From: an uncultured Caulobacteraceae bacterium | GTDB taxonomy: Bacteria; Pseudomonadota; Alphaproteobacteria; Caulobacterales; Caulobacteraceae | Reading direction: 5' to 3' | Length of the DNA stretch: 64,000 bases | Assembly: GCA_964432415.1 (NCBI GenBank) | Contig: CAYSNW010000008.1 | Span: 15,726 to 79,725 of the forward strand | Shown here: positions 1 to 8,940 of the stretch, piece after piece | How positions within the stretch are numbered: the first letter of the stretch is position 1 | Layout: every line of letters begins with the position of its first letter | Program-made: the position numbers and the translations under genes | The notes under the pieces: model-generated | Database searches by the model: none | What the model was told of the DNA's origin: nothing | The model's input: the letters and a program-made list of their open reading frames with translations, nothing else

Positions 1-691
1 CGGTCCACCAGGCCAGGGGCGTGAGCAACAGCGCGCTCAAGCCGAACCAGATTAGCATCCTCACCTGCCAGGGCGAAAGCAGGGGCCGGGGCGGCTCCAG
101 CACGACCCACTTGCCGTCCGGGCGATGAAATCCGGCGAGGAACGGCGGAAATACCAGATTGTCGCGCAGGATCATCATCCCCGGGGAGCCGGCGTCCAGC
201 ACCTCGGGCGGAATCTGGGCACGGCCGGCGCCCGACCGGCGCATGATGATGGTCTCGCTGGAACGCCGCGCGGTGACCGTCACCTGCATGTGAGAGTCGA
301 AGTGCTTGCGATGCATTTCGGCCCCGGGGCCCGCACGCATGCGGAAGTCGGGGACCACGGCAGCGCGGACCCGGTCGACGGGCGCGCCCAGTTCCCGGGC
401 CAGGCTGGCCTCCAGAATGTCCTCGAGGCCGCGCTCACCGGCCGGGGGGGGCGGTCCCAGGTCTGGCGCCTGGTCCTGGACCCGCACCACCAGCCGCTTG
501 CCGTCGCGCGCGGTGACCGCCTCGCCCCTGAGCGCGCGGGCAGCCTCGGTGACCGAGAAGCCCCGGGGCGGCGGATCGGGAAGGGTCAGCACCACGGCCA
601 GGTTGATCACCTGGGCGGCCACGACGCTGAGCAGGGCCAGTCCCAGCACCTGCAGGAAGATCGGCGCCCCGCCGAGCGACGGGCGCTTCAT
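1..691 (-). CDS. sensor histidine kinase, N-terminal portion (continues beyond window start); partner of the adjacent OmpR-type regulator
   Basis: Minus-strand translation from the ATG at 689-691 reads MKRPSLGGAPIFLQVLGLALLSVVAAQVINLAVVL... (membrane anchor) and stays open to position 1. The ATG overlaps the regulator stop codon (ATGA). It is absent from the ORF track because it runs off the window edge. Confidence 0.5.
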   Translation of the reverse strand, partial: MKRPSLGGAPIFLQVLGLALLSVVAAQVINLAVVLTLPDPPPRGFSVTEAARALRGEAVTARDGKRLVVRVQDQAPDLGPPPPAGERGLEDILEASLARELGAPVDRVRAAVVPDFRMRAGPGAEMHRKHFDSHMQVTVTARRSSETIIMRRSGAGRAQIPPEVLDAGSPGMMILRDNLVFPPFLAGFHRPDGKWVVLEPPRPLLSPWQVRMLIWFGLSALLLTPLAWWT

Positions 692-1413
692 CGGCGCACC
701 ACGGAGGCGGCGAACATGTAGCCCTCGCCGCGCACGGTGCGGATGACGTCCCGGCCGGTGCCGTCATCCAGCTTGCGGCGCAGGCGGCTGATCTGCACGT
801 CGATGGCGCGGTCGAAGGCGTCGCTCATCGGCCCGCGCGCCAGGTCCAGCAGCTGATCGCGGGTCAGCACCCGCTCGGGCCGCTCCACGAAGATGCGCAG
901 CAGGTTGAACTCGCCGGAAGACAGGTTGACCACCACGCCGGTGGGGGAGGTCAGCTCGCGACGGACCAGGTCGAGGCGCCAGCCGTCGAACTCCACAGAC
1001 GGGCCCAGGGTCGCGGGGCCAGACGGCTCACGGCGGCGGCGCAGCACCGCCTTGACCCGCGCGAGCAGCTCACGCGGATTGCAGGGCTTGGGCAGGTAGT
1101 CGTCGGCGCCCAGCTCCAGGCCGATGATCCGGTCGGTGTCCTCGCCCATAGCGCTCAGCATGATCACCGGCGGGCCTGCGGCCCCGGATAACCGCTTACA
1201 GATCGACAGACCGTCCTCGCCCGGCAGCATCAGGTCCAGCACCACCAGATCCGGCGCGCCCTCGCGCAGGGCCGCGTCCATGCCGCGCGCGTCCGCCGCC
1301 GTATCCACCACATAGCCGTGGCGGCTGAGGAACTCGCTCAGCACGTCGCGGATGCCCGGATCGTCGTCGACGACCAGGATTCGGGCGGAGGGGGTCTCGG
1401 CGACGACGTTCAT
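688..1413 (-). CDS. OmpR-family two-component response regulator (receiver plus winged-helix domain)
   Basis: 241 aa. Receiver motifs ILVVDDD...DLVVLDLMLPGEDG and a C-terminal winged-helix (...RLRRKLDD...IRTVRGEGY). High GC3 codon bias. Confidence 0.9.
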   Translation of the reverse strand: MNVVAETPSARILVVDDDPGIRDVLSEFLSRHGYVVDTAADARGMDAALREGAPDLVVLDLMLPGEDGLSICKRLSGAAGPPVIMLSAMGEDTDRIIGLELGADDYLPKPCNPRELLARVKAVLRRRREPSGPATLGPSVEFDGWRLDLVRRELTSPTGVVVNLSSGEFNLLRIFVERPERVLTRDQLLDLARGPMSDAFDRAIDVQISRLRRKLDDGTGRDVIRTVRGEGYMFAASVVRR

Positions 1414-1591
1414 GGCTTCAGAGTCACACGGCTGAATCGCAACAGGATTTCATCTCTGCAATATTGCCCGCGGCCAATTGTGGGCAGGATGTTTCAAGCC
1501 GGACACGATCGGACAAACCGTTGCAATGTCCAGCGGGCAAACCAGCGTCGAACGGGATTCGAACCCGACGCATCGAGAACACAAAAAAGGG
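1414..1591. promoter_or_regulatory. divergent intergenic region between the OmpR-type regulator and the EF-hand/Met-rich protein gene; contains the palindrome GCAATATTGC (about 1458-1467) and a second TGCAAT half-site (about 1522-1527); AAGGG RBS before 1592
   Basis: Palindrome and half-site read directly from the sequence. Regulatory role is inferred from the divergent arrangement only. Confidence 0.3.
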
Positions 1592-2338
1592 ATGACGATG
1601 AACACCAGGATCTGGATCGCGCCGCTGGCCCTCGGGGCGGGCCTGGCGCTGGCGCTCTCCGCCGCCGCGGTGGCCCAGGACGGCAAGAAGGAAGTCCACA
1701 GCGAAGTGATCGTGATGAGCGGCGACGGCCATGGCGAACCCGGCGGCCCGGGCATGCACATGCGCATGATGGGCGGCCCGCACCATCCGCCCCTGGCCGA
1801 GATGGACACCAATAAGGACGGCGTGGTCTCCAAGGAGGAGTTCATGGCCTTCCATGCGGCCATGTACGACAAGATGGCGGCCGAACACGGCGGCTCGCTG
1901 AAGGTGCCGCCTCCGCCGGTCAAGCACGACATCAAGATCATCGTCGACGGCAAGGAGCTGAAGCCCGGCGAAATGCCCCCCGGCATGGAGATGATGGAAG
2001 GCGGCGACGGCCCCGGCATGCGCACCTTCACCCTGCGCCGCGGCGAAGGCGGCGAGGGCGGCGACCACAACGTCATGATCATGCGTCACGGCCCCGGCGG
2101 GCCGGACGGTCCGGGCGAGCACATGAAGATGGGCGAACCCATGCGCTTCGAGGCCATGGACAAGAACCATGACGGGAAGATCTCGTTCGAGGAGTTCGCT
2201 GGCCCGATGCGCCAGGCCTTCGAGCACCTGGACGCCAATCATGATGGGTCTTTGTCCAAGGAAGAGCTGGCCAAGGCCCACATGAACGTGCGTGTCGAGA
2301 CCCGCGTGCGCGACGAGAAGCACGACGACAAGCACTAG
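1592..2338 (+). CDS. periplasmic EF-hand calcium-binding protein with Met/His-rich (copper-type) motifs
   Basis: In-frame ATG at 1592 (MTMNTRIWIAPLALGAGLALALSAAAVAQ, signal peptide) inside ORF 1478..2338. Three canonical 12-residue EF loops (DTNKDGVVSKEE, DKNHDGKISFEE, DANHDGSLSKEE). Met/His-rich stretches MHMRMMGGPHHPP, MPPGMEMMEGG, HNVMIMRHG, EHMKMGEPM. Confidence 0.8.
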   Translation: MTMNTRIWIAPLALGAGLALALSAAAVAQDGKKEVHSEVIVMSGDGHGEPGGPGMHMRMMGGPHHPPLAEMDTNKDGVVSKEEFMAFHAAMYDKMAAEHGGSLKVPPPPVKHDIKIIVDGKELKPGEMPPGMEMMEGGDGPGMRTFTLRRGEGGEGGDHNVMIMRHGPGGPDGPGEHMKMGEPMRFEAMDKNHDGKISFEEFAGPMRQAFEHLDANHDGSLSKEELAKAHMNVRVETRVRDEKHDDKH

Positions 2339-2406
2339 ATCCCGAGGCGCGGCCGCCCGCCCCACGGGGCCGTGACAGATGGATCAGAACTGACGGCGCT
2401 TCCGGC

Positions 2407-3324
2407 TCAGGCCAGGAGCGCCGTCAGCGCGTTGGAGGCCAGTTCGATGGCCTGGCGCGCCGGGGCGTAGATCGGCGCCAGGTGCAGGGAGGCGTGGCTC
2501 AGGCCGGGTTGGTCGAGCCGGGTCGTGGGCACGCCCGCGGCGGCGAGTTGACCAGCGAAGCGCTCCACGTCCGGGTGCACGGGGTTCAGGCCGCTGCCGG
2601 AGACCAGCACCACCGGCGGCAGTTCCGCGACCTGCGATGCGGACAGGGCGAAGGACGCCGGATCACAGGCCTTGCCGAGGCTGTGGCGGATGTAGGCCAC
2701 CGCCGCGCGACCAACGATGCGGGCGTCACGGAGCGGCCGGGCGCGCCAGTCCCGGTCGGCGATGGTCAGCAGCGGATAGAACAGCAGAAGGCCCTTCGCC
2801 GTGCGCCCTTCGGCGCGGAGCTGCAGCGCCGTCCAGGCCGCCATGTGACCGCCGGCGGAATCGCCGCCCAGGCCCGTGCGCGCGGGGTCGAATCCCAGCT
2901 CCGTGGCGTGGTCGAAGGCCCAGCGGGCGGAGGCGAGGGCGTCCTCGTGCTGGGCCGGGAAGGGCGCCTCGGGGGCAAGGCGGTAGCCCACCGACAGGAT
3001 GCGCACGCCCGCGCGCGCCGACAGCCGCCGGCACAGGGCATCGTGGCTGGTCAGGCTGGAGACCACGAAGCCCCCGCCGTGGAAATAGATCAGACCCTGT
3101 CCGCTCTGGTCCGCGTGGGCGGGCGTGTAGAGGCGCGCGCGCAGGGGACCCGCGCCGCCGTCGACCTCCAGTTCGTGAATGAAACAGTCGTCGCGTGCGC
3201 CCAGGTGCAGCAGCGGCAGGAAACCGTCGATCGCCGCCCGCGTCGCGATCAGGCCGTACTCGTCCAGGCGCCGGCGGCGTGGGCTCTGCATCCAGCCAAG
3301 ATAGGCGCCCCGTATCTGATGCAA
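2407..3324 (-). CDS. alpha/beta hydrolase fold-3 esterase/lipase (HSL family)
   Basis: HGGGF oxyanion motif and GDSAGG nucleophile elbow. 305-aa ORF; the true start may be the internal Met at about 3288. Confidence 0.8.
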   Translation of the reverse strand: MHQIRGAYLGWMQSPRRRRLDEYGLIATRAAIDGFLPLLHLGARDDCFIHELEVDGGAGPLRARLYTPAHADQSGQGLIYFHGGGFVVSSLTSHDALCRRLSARAGVRILSVGYRLAPEAPFPAQHEDALASARWAFDHATELGFDPARTGLGGDSAGGHMAAWTALQLRAEGRTAKGLLLFYPLLTIADRDWRARPLRDARIVGRAAVAYIRHSLGKACDPASFALSASQVAELPPVVLVSGSGLNPVHPDVERFAGQLAAAGVPTTRLDQPGLSHASLHLAPIYAPARQAIELASNALTALLA

Positions 3325-3531
3325 AAGGGGCGGGGCGGCGGATCTCGCGGCCCGCCGCCCCAGGTCTCGATCAGAGGGGATATGCGGGTTTCGAGGGATG
3401 AATCCGCGCGTCGATCGTTAACCGCGCTCGCGCTTTGCGGAGGTCGATTGCGACCAATCGGGCCGTGGTTGCGGCGAAAGTCGACGCCTTGTTCACCGGT
3501 TTTGGGGTAAAATGCTGACACATTCGGGGAC

Positions 3532-4659
3532 ATGCGCGCATCAATGAGCCTCCCGCCGTTCCTTCGTCAGCGACCGGTCCGTGAGATCGCCGGCCTGACC
3601 GTCGTCCTGTGGGCGGTGGTCTATGCCGTGTTCATGCTTCCCAGCGGCGCCGCCGGCAAATGGGAGCTGTGGCGCTTTCTGGTCAACGCCAAGGTCGCCG
3701 CCTTCGGGCCCTTCATCTCCCTGATGTTCTACCCGGCCATGGTCACCACCCGGGCCTGGACGCTCGGCCGGCGCATCGCCCTGTTCGGCCTGCTGATCTT
3801 CCTGGCCGCGGCGGTGCATTCGCTGATCGACGCCCGGATCATGATCGACGACCGCAAGATCTACATGCCCGACGATCACAGCTGGCAGTTCTGGCCGGTC
3901 GTCTACCAGGGCTTCCTGATCTATTTCTGGCTCTATGGCCTGTACGTGGCCGCCATCGGCCTGCTCCTGTCGCGCTACGCCTCCCAGGAGCGTGACCGTC
4001 AGCTGACCGAGGCCCGGGCCGCCGCCCACCAGGCCCAGCTCGAGGCCCTGCGCTTCCAGCTGAACCCGCACTTCCTGTTCAATACGCTCAACGCCATCTC
4101 CTCGCTGATCGTCACCGGGCGCAACGCCGACGCCGAGTCCATGACCGCCAAGCTGTCGGACTTCCTGCGCTCGTCGCTGGCGTCCGATCCGCACAGTGTC
4201 ATCCCGCTGGCCGACGAGGTCGCGGCCGTGCGCGCCTATCTCGATATCGAGACCGTCCGTTTCGGCGAGCGCATGGCGGTGGAGGTGGTCTGCCCCGCAT
4301 CCCTGGCGGACGCCCTGGCGCCCAGTTTCGTGCTCCAGCCCCTGGTCGAGAACGCGGTCAAGTACGCGGTCGCCCCGGCGCGGCGGCGCGTGAAGATTTC
4401 GGTCAAGGCCCAATCCCGTGACAATGACCTGATCCTGGTCGTCGAGGACGACGGCGATGGCCACCCACCGTCCTCGACCGCGGTCGGGGTCGGTGTGGGT
4501 CTCGAGAACGTGCGCCGCCGCCTGCAGGTGCTGTACGGCGAGCGCGGCTCGATCGAGGTCGGAAAACTACCGGGGGGCGGCTTTCGCGCCGTCCTGAAAC
4601 TGCCGCTGGAACGGGTCGGTCCCACCGCCCAGATAGTAAAGATCAGGAGTGTCGCGTGA
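3532..4659 (+). CDS. LytS/YehU-family sensor histidine kinase (membrane-embedded 5TM sensor plus His_kinase/HATPase), paralog 1
   Basis: LNPHFLFNTLNAI phospho-acceptor motif (PF06580-like), G-box VGVGLENVRRRL, N-terminal TM helices. The stop overlaps the regulator GTG start (GTGA). Confidence 0.85.
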   Translation: MRASMSLPPFLRQRPVREIAGLTVVLWAVVYAVFMLPSGAAGKWELWRFLVNAKVAAFGPFISLMFYPAMVTTRAWTLGRRIALFGLLIFLAAAVHSLIDARIMIDDRKIYMPDDHSWQFWPVVYQGFLIYFWLYGLYVAAIGLLLSRYASQERDRQLTEARAAAHQAQLEALRFQLNPHFLFNTLNAISSLIVTGRNADAESMTAKLSDFLRSSLASDPHSVIPLADEVAAVRAYLDIETVRFGERMAVEVVCPASLADALAPSFVLQPLVENAVKYAVAPARRRVKISVKAQSRDNDLILVVEDDGDGHPPSSTAVGVGVGLENVRRRLQVLYGERGSIEVGKLPGGGFRAVLKLPLERVGPTAQIVKIRSVA

Positions 4660-5423
4660 CCCTCAGAGTCTTGATTGTCGACGATGAGCCCCTGGCGCTC
4701 GAACGATTGAAGGTCGCCTTCGGCCAGATCGACGGCGCCGTGATCGTGGGCGAGGCCAAGGACGGAGAGGAGGCCGCCCAGCGTATCCGGGCCCTTGCCC
4801 CGGACCTGGTGTTGCTGGACGTCCAGATGCCGGCGCTCGACGGCCTGCAACTGGCTGCCGCCCTGGTGGGCGAGGACCGGCCTGAGGTCGTCTTCGTCAC
4901 CGCGTTCCAGCACTTCGCCGCCGAGGCCTTTGAGGTCGAGGCCGCTGACTACCTGCTCAAGCCCGTGCGTTTCGACCGGCTGAAGCAGGCGGTGGAGCGG
5001 GCGCGGCGCCGGCGTCAGGCGCGCCTGGCCATGTCCAGCCTGAAGCCCGCGGCCAACGACAGCAGCCCCTACGACTCAGAAATCTGGGCTCCGACCAACC
5101 GGGGCCTGGTTCGCGTGCCGGTCGAGCAGATCGTGTGGATCGAGGCGGCCGGCGACTACGCCATGCTGCACACCGAGGCGCGAAGCTACATGATCCGCGC
5201 CACCATGACCGCGCTGGAGCAGAAGCTCGACCCGACCAAGCTGGCGCGGGTGCACCGCTCGGCCTTCGTGCGCCTGTCCTCGGTCCAGACCGTCAAGCGG
5301 CTCGGCAAGGGGCTGATCTCGCTGATTCTGCCGGACGGCGCGGAGGTCCATGTCGGCCCGAACTACACCCAGTCGGTGCTCACGGCCTTGAAGTCGGCTC
5401 CGCAACAGGCGGCGAACGCCTGA
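4656..5423 (+). CDS. LytTR-family response regulator (receiver plus LytTR DNA-binding domain)
   Basis: MTLRVLIVDDEPLALERL...LLDVQMPALDG receiver. C-terminal LytTR-like region (VPVEQIVWIEAAGDYAMLHT...). Confidence 0.9.
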   Translation: MTLRVLIVDDEPLALERLKVAFGQIDGAVIVGEAKDGEEAAQRIRALAPDLVLLDVQMPALDGLQLAAALVGEDRPEVVFVTAFQHFAAEAFEVEAADYLLKPVRFDRLKQAVERARRRRQARLAMSSLKPAANDSSPYDSEIWAPTNRGLVRVPVEQIVWIEAAGDYAMLHTEARSYMIRATMTALEQKLDPTKLARVHRSAFVRLSSVQTVKRLGKGLISLILPDGAEVHVGPNYTQSVLTALKSAPQQAANA

Positions 5424-5450
5424 GGGCGATAGACGGACAGGCGCCACAAC

Positions 5451-6578
5451 ATGCGGCTATCGATGAACCTGCCGCCCTACCTTCGTCAGCGTGGCGTTTA
5501 CGAGATCGTCTTCGGGACCCTGGCCCTGTGGGCGGTGGTCTACGCCGTGTTCATGCTTCCCAGCGGCGCCGCCGGGAAGTGGGCCCCATGGCGTTTCCTG
5601 GTCAACTTCAAGATCGCCGCCTGCGGACCGCTGATTTCGACGATGTTCTATCCGGCGTTGCTGGCGACCCGGACCTGGAGCTTCGTCCGGCGGTGCGCCC
5701 TGATGGGGATTCTGGTCGCGGTCGCCACCGGACTCCACTCCCTGATCGACGCCAGGATCGTGGTCGACGCCCGCGGTGTCTACGTGCCCGACGACCACAC
5801 CTGGCGCTTCTGGCCCATCGTCTTCGACAGCCTGATGATCTACACTTGGCTCTACGGGATGTATGTCGCGGTCCTTGCCCTGATGCTGTCGCGCTACGCG
5901 TCGCAGGAGCGTGACCGCCAACTCGCGGAGGCGCGCGCGGCCACCCACCAGGCCCAGCTCGAGGCCCTGCGCTTCCAGCTCAATCCGCATTTCCTGTTCA
6001 ACGCCCTCAACGCCATCTCCTGTCTGATCGTCACAGGCCGCAACGCCGACGCGGAGGCGATGATCGGCAAGCTGTCGGATTTCCTGCGCTCGTCCCTGGC
6101 GTCGGAGCCGCACAGCGTCATTCCCCTGGCTGAGGAGGTCGCTGCGGTCCGCGCCTATCTCGACATCGAGACCGTGCGTTTCGGCGAACGCATGGAGGTG
6201 GAGGTGATCTGTCCGGGGCCCCTGGCCGACGCCCTGGCGCCCAGCTTCGTGCTGCAGCCACTGGTCGAAAACGCCGTCAAATACGCCGTGGCGCCCGCGC
6301 GACGCCGGGTGAAGATCCTGGTCAAGGCCTCGACGCGGGAGAACGATCTGATCCTGGTGGTCGAGGATGACGGTGACGGCCATCCGCCGTCTTCGACCGC
6401 CATCGGCGTCGGGGTGGGGCTCGAGAACGTGCGTCGGCGCCTGCAGGTGCTCTATGGCGAGCGCGGCTCGATCGAGGTCGGCAAGCTCCCCGGAGGTGGA
6501 TTCCGGGCGGTTCTGAAATTCCCGCTGGAGCGGGTCGGCCCCGTAGCCGAGATCGTGCAGATCAGCAGCGTGGCGTGA
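5451..6578 (+). CDS. LytS/YehU-family sensor histidine kinase, paralog 2 (about 80% aa identity to paralog 1, same length of 375 aa)
   Basis: Colinear with 3532..4659 across the whole length, including identical H-box and G-box segments. DNA is about 85-90% identical over long stretches. Confidence 0.85.
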   Translation: MRLSMNLPPYLRQRGVYEIVFGTLALWAVVYAVFMLPSGAAGKWAPWRFLVNFKIAACGPLISTMFYPALLATRTWSFVRRCALMGILVAVATGLHSLIDARIVVDARGVYVPDDHTWRFWPIVFDSLMIYTWLYGMYVAVLALMLSRYASQERDRQLAEARAATHQAQLEALRFQLNPHFLFNALNAISCLIVTGRNADAEAMIGKLSDFLRSSLASEPHSVIPLAEEVAAVRAYLDIETVRFGERMEVEVICPGPLADALAPSFVLQPLVENAVKYAVAPARRRVKILVKASTRENDLILVVEDDGDGHPPSSTAIGVGVGLENVRRRLQVLYGERGSIEVGKLPGGGFRAVLKFPLERVGPVAEIVQISSVA

Positions 6579-6606
6579 CCCCGGCGAGCGGAGTCCAGAG
6601 CGGGCG

Positions 6607-7203
6607 TCAGCCGGCCTTGGACAGTCCCGGATCCGGGGCCGCGTCGCGGAACTTCTCGAGCTGTTTGGCCATGGCCTTCGCCGCCTGACGCGTGGGTTCG
6701 TCGCCGCGTGCGGCCAGGGCCATCAACTCGGCGGCCGAAGCCAGCAGGGCCTGGGAGGCGTCGGCGCCCTGGGTGTAACGCTCGTGCAGGCGCGAGCGGG
6801 CCTGGCGCAGGGCGTGCTCGGTCTTGGCCTGACGCAGGGCGAAGCGGATCTGGCGGGTCATCAGCCGCCAGTTGATCGGCTTGACCGCAAAGCCGGTGGC
6901 GCCGAGCTCGAAGGCGCGATCCAGGGCTGAGGTGTCGTCGCGGGCGGTGACCACCAGGACGGGGAGGAAGCGCCAGCGCTCGTCGGCGCGGATGGCCTCG
7001 AGCACCTCGAAGCCGTCCATCATCGGCATGGCCAGGTCCAGGATCACCAGGTCGACAGGATTGCCGCGCAGGTGCTCCAGCGCATCCATGCCGTCGCAGG
7101 CGAGGGCGAGATGCACGGGCTCGTCGGCGAGCTGCGCGCGCGCATGATCGCGCAGCAGTTCGTCATCGTCGGCCAGCAGCAGGTTCACGGTCGTCTTGGG
7201 CAT
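6607..7203 (-). CDS. single-domain response regulator (CheY-like receiver) with a C-terminal helical extension
   Basis: LLLADDDELLRDH...DLVILDLAMPMMDG receiver motifs and no output domain. Convergent with HK paralog 2. Confidence 0.8.
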   Translation of the reverse strand: MPKTTVNLLLADDDELLRDHARAQLADEPVHLALACDGMDALEHLRGNPVDLVILDLAMPMMDGFEVLEAIRADERWRFLPVLVVTARDDTSALDRAFELGATGFAVKPINWRLMTRQIRFALRQAKTEHALRQARSRLHERYTQGADASQALLASAAELMALAARGDEPTRQAAKAMAKQLEKFRDAAPDPGLSKAG

Positions 7204-7277
7204 CGTTCTGATGGCCCCATTCAGTTCGGGGCGAACTTCGCAGACAGACCTTAAGACGGCGTCAAGGGGCTGAGCGG

Positions 7278-8783
7278 TTACGGCTTTTTCTCATACAGAC
7301 GGGCGTGGGCCTCGCGCAGCGCCGCCTTCTGCACCTTGCCCATGGCGTTGCGGGGCAGGTCAGGGACGAAGATCACCCGCTTGGGGACCTTGAAGGCCGC
7401 CAGGCGCTCACGCAGCGCAGCGATGATCGTGGCCTCCGCCGGCGCCTCGCCGCGCGGCACCACCACAGCGGTCACCGCCTCGCCGAAGTCGGCGTGCGGC
7501 AGGCCGATCACCGCCGATTCCTCGACCCCCTCCAGGGCGTCGATCTCGCTCTCGACCTCCTTCGGGTACACGTTGAAGCCGCCGGTGATCACCAGATCCT
7601 TGCCGCGCCCGACGATGAAGACGTAGCCTTGCGCGTCGCGGTAGCCGAGATCGCCTGTGATGAAGAAGCCGTCGGCGCGAAACTCCTGCGCCGTCTTCTC
7701 AGGCATGCGCCAGTAGCCTTTGAAAACATTCGGACCCTTGACTTCAATCACCCCGATCTCGCCGTCGGGAAGCACGCGGCCGTTCTCCGGCTCCGCTATG
7801 CCGACCTCGACCCCGGGGAGGGCAGGGCCGACCGACCCCGGGACCCGTTCGCCCTCGTAGGGATTCGAGGTGATCATGTTGGTCTCGGTCATCCCGTAGC
7901 GTTCCAGGATGACGTGGCCGGTCCGTTCGCGCCACTGCTGGTGGGTCTCGGCCAGCAGGGGCGCCGAGCCGGAGACGAACAGGCGGATATTCCGCGTCAG
8001 GTCCCGGTCCAGCCGGGGCTCGTCCAGCAGGCGCGTATAGAAGGTCGGCACCCCCATCATGGCTGTGGCCCGGGGCAGGGCGTCCAGCATGGCCGGGGCG
8101 TTGAAACCGGGCTGGAAGATCATCGATGCGCCTGCCGCCATCAGGGTGTTGGTGGCCACGAACAGGCCGTGGGTGTGATAGATCGGGAGGGCGTGGAGCA
8201 GGACGTCTTCGGCGGTGAAGCGCCAGGCGTCCTTAAGCGTCAGGGCGTTGGAGGCCAGGTTGTCGTGGCTGAGCATCGCCCCCTTGGACCGTCCCGTGGT
8301 GCCCGAGGTGTAGAGGATCGCCGCCAGGTCCGACCCCGCGACTGGGACGTCCCGGAATTCGCCTGACGCCTCGACCACGAGGTCCGCGAGGCTGCCCCGA
8401 CCCTGGGCGTCGAGCCCTTCGGTCCGCCGGCTCGCCAGCGCCCGCACGGCCTCGACCCGATCGGGCGAGACCACCACCAGGGCCGGCTCGGCGTCGCCGA
8501 GGAAATACTCCAGCTCCGGCAGGGTGTAGGCCGTGTTGAGCGGCAGGAAGACCGCCCCGGCCCGCACGCAGGCCAGGTAGAGGACCAGCGCCTCGGGGCT
8601 CTTCTCGACCTGCACGGCGACCCGGTCGCCCGGGCGAACCCCACAGGCGGCGAGGGCGTTCGCCCATCGGCTCGTAGCCTCCAGCAGGCCGCCGTAGGTC
8701 AGGACGCCACCCTCCGGCCGGATCAGAAACGGGCGGGCGGAATCGACGGCGCGGACGCCGAGCTGGTCGAGGAGCGAGGCCAT
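7278..8783 (-). CDS. matB: AMP-dependent synthetase/ligase, malonyl-CoA synthetase (MatB)-like
   Basis: LYTSGTTGRSKGAMLSHDNL AMP-binding motif. Long colinear similarity to rhizobial MatB (ERYGMTETNM...GDLGYRD...VITGGFNVYPKEVE), recalled from memory. Confidence 0.7.
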   Translation of the reverse strand: MASLLDQLGVRAVDSARPFLIRPEGGVLTYGGLLEATSRWANALAACGVRPGDRVAVQVEKSPEALVLYLACVRAGAVFLPLNTAYTLPELEYFLGDAEPALVVVSPDRVEAVRALASRRTEGLDAQGRGSLADLVVEASGEFRDVPVAGSDLAAILYTSGTTGRSKGAMLSHDNLASNALTLKDAWRFTAEDVLLHALPIYHTHGLFVATNTLMAAGASMIFQPGFNAPAMLDALPRATAMMGVPTFYTRLLDEPRLDRDLTRNIRLFVSGSAPLLAETHQQWRERTGHVILERYGMTETNMITSNPYEGERVPGSVGPALPGVEVGIAEPENGRVLPDGEIGVIEVKGPNVFKGYWRMPEKTAQEFRADGFFITGDLGYRDAQGYVFIVGRGKDLVITGGFNVYPKEVESEIDALEGVEESAVIGLPHADFGEAVTAVVVPRGEAPAEATIIAALRERLAAFKVPKRVIFVPDLPRNAMGKVQKAALREAHARLYEKKP

Positions 8784-8940
8784 AGCTCTCCTTATTTCCT
8801 CGCGCGGGCGGATGGGAAGCGCGCACGAACTTGGCTAGGAACAGGCAGGCGCCATCCGAAAGGCCTCCGCCACGCTCCAGTCCCCCGCCATCGCCGCCTT
8901 CCTGACCCGCCGGCGCACGGAGCTGCGCCACGGCGCGCGG

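Noticed and set aside
125-767. Plus- and minus-strand ORFs (125..721, 306..746, 435..767) over the left end of the window
   Set aside because: They are Arg/Gly/Pro-rich and antisense or out of frame to a convincing membrane-anchored histidine kinase that is translationally coupled to the OmpR-type regulator. This is the typical high-GC shadow-ORF artefact.
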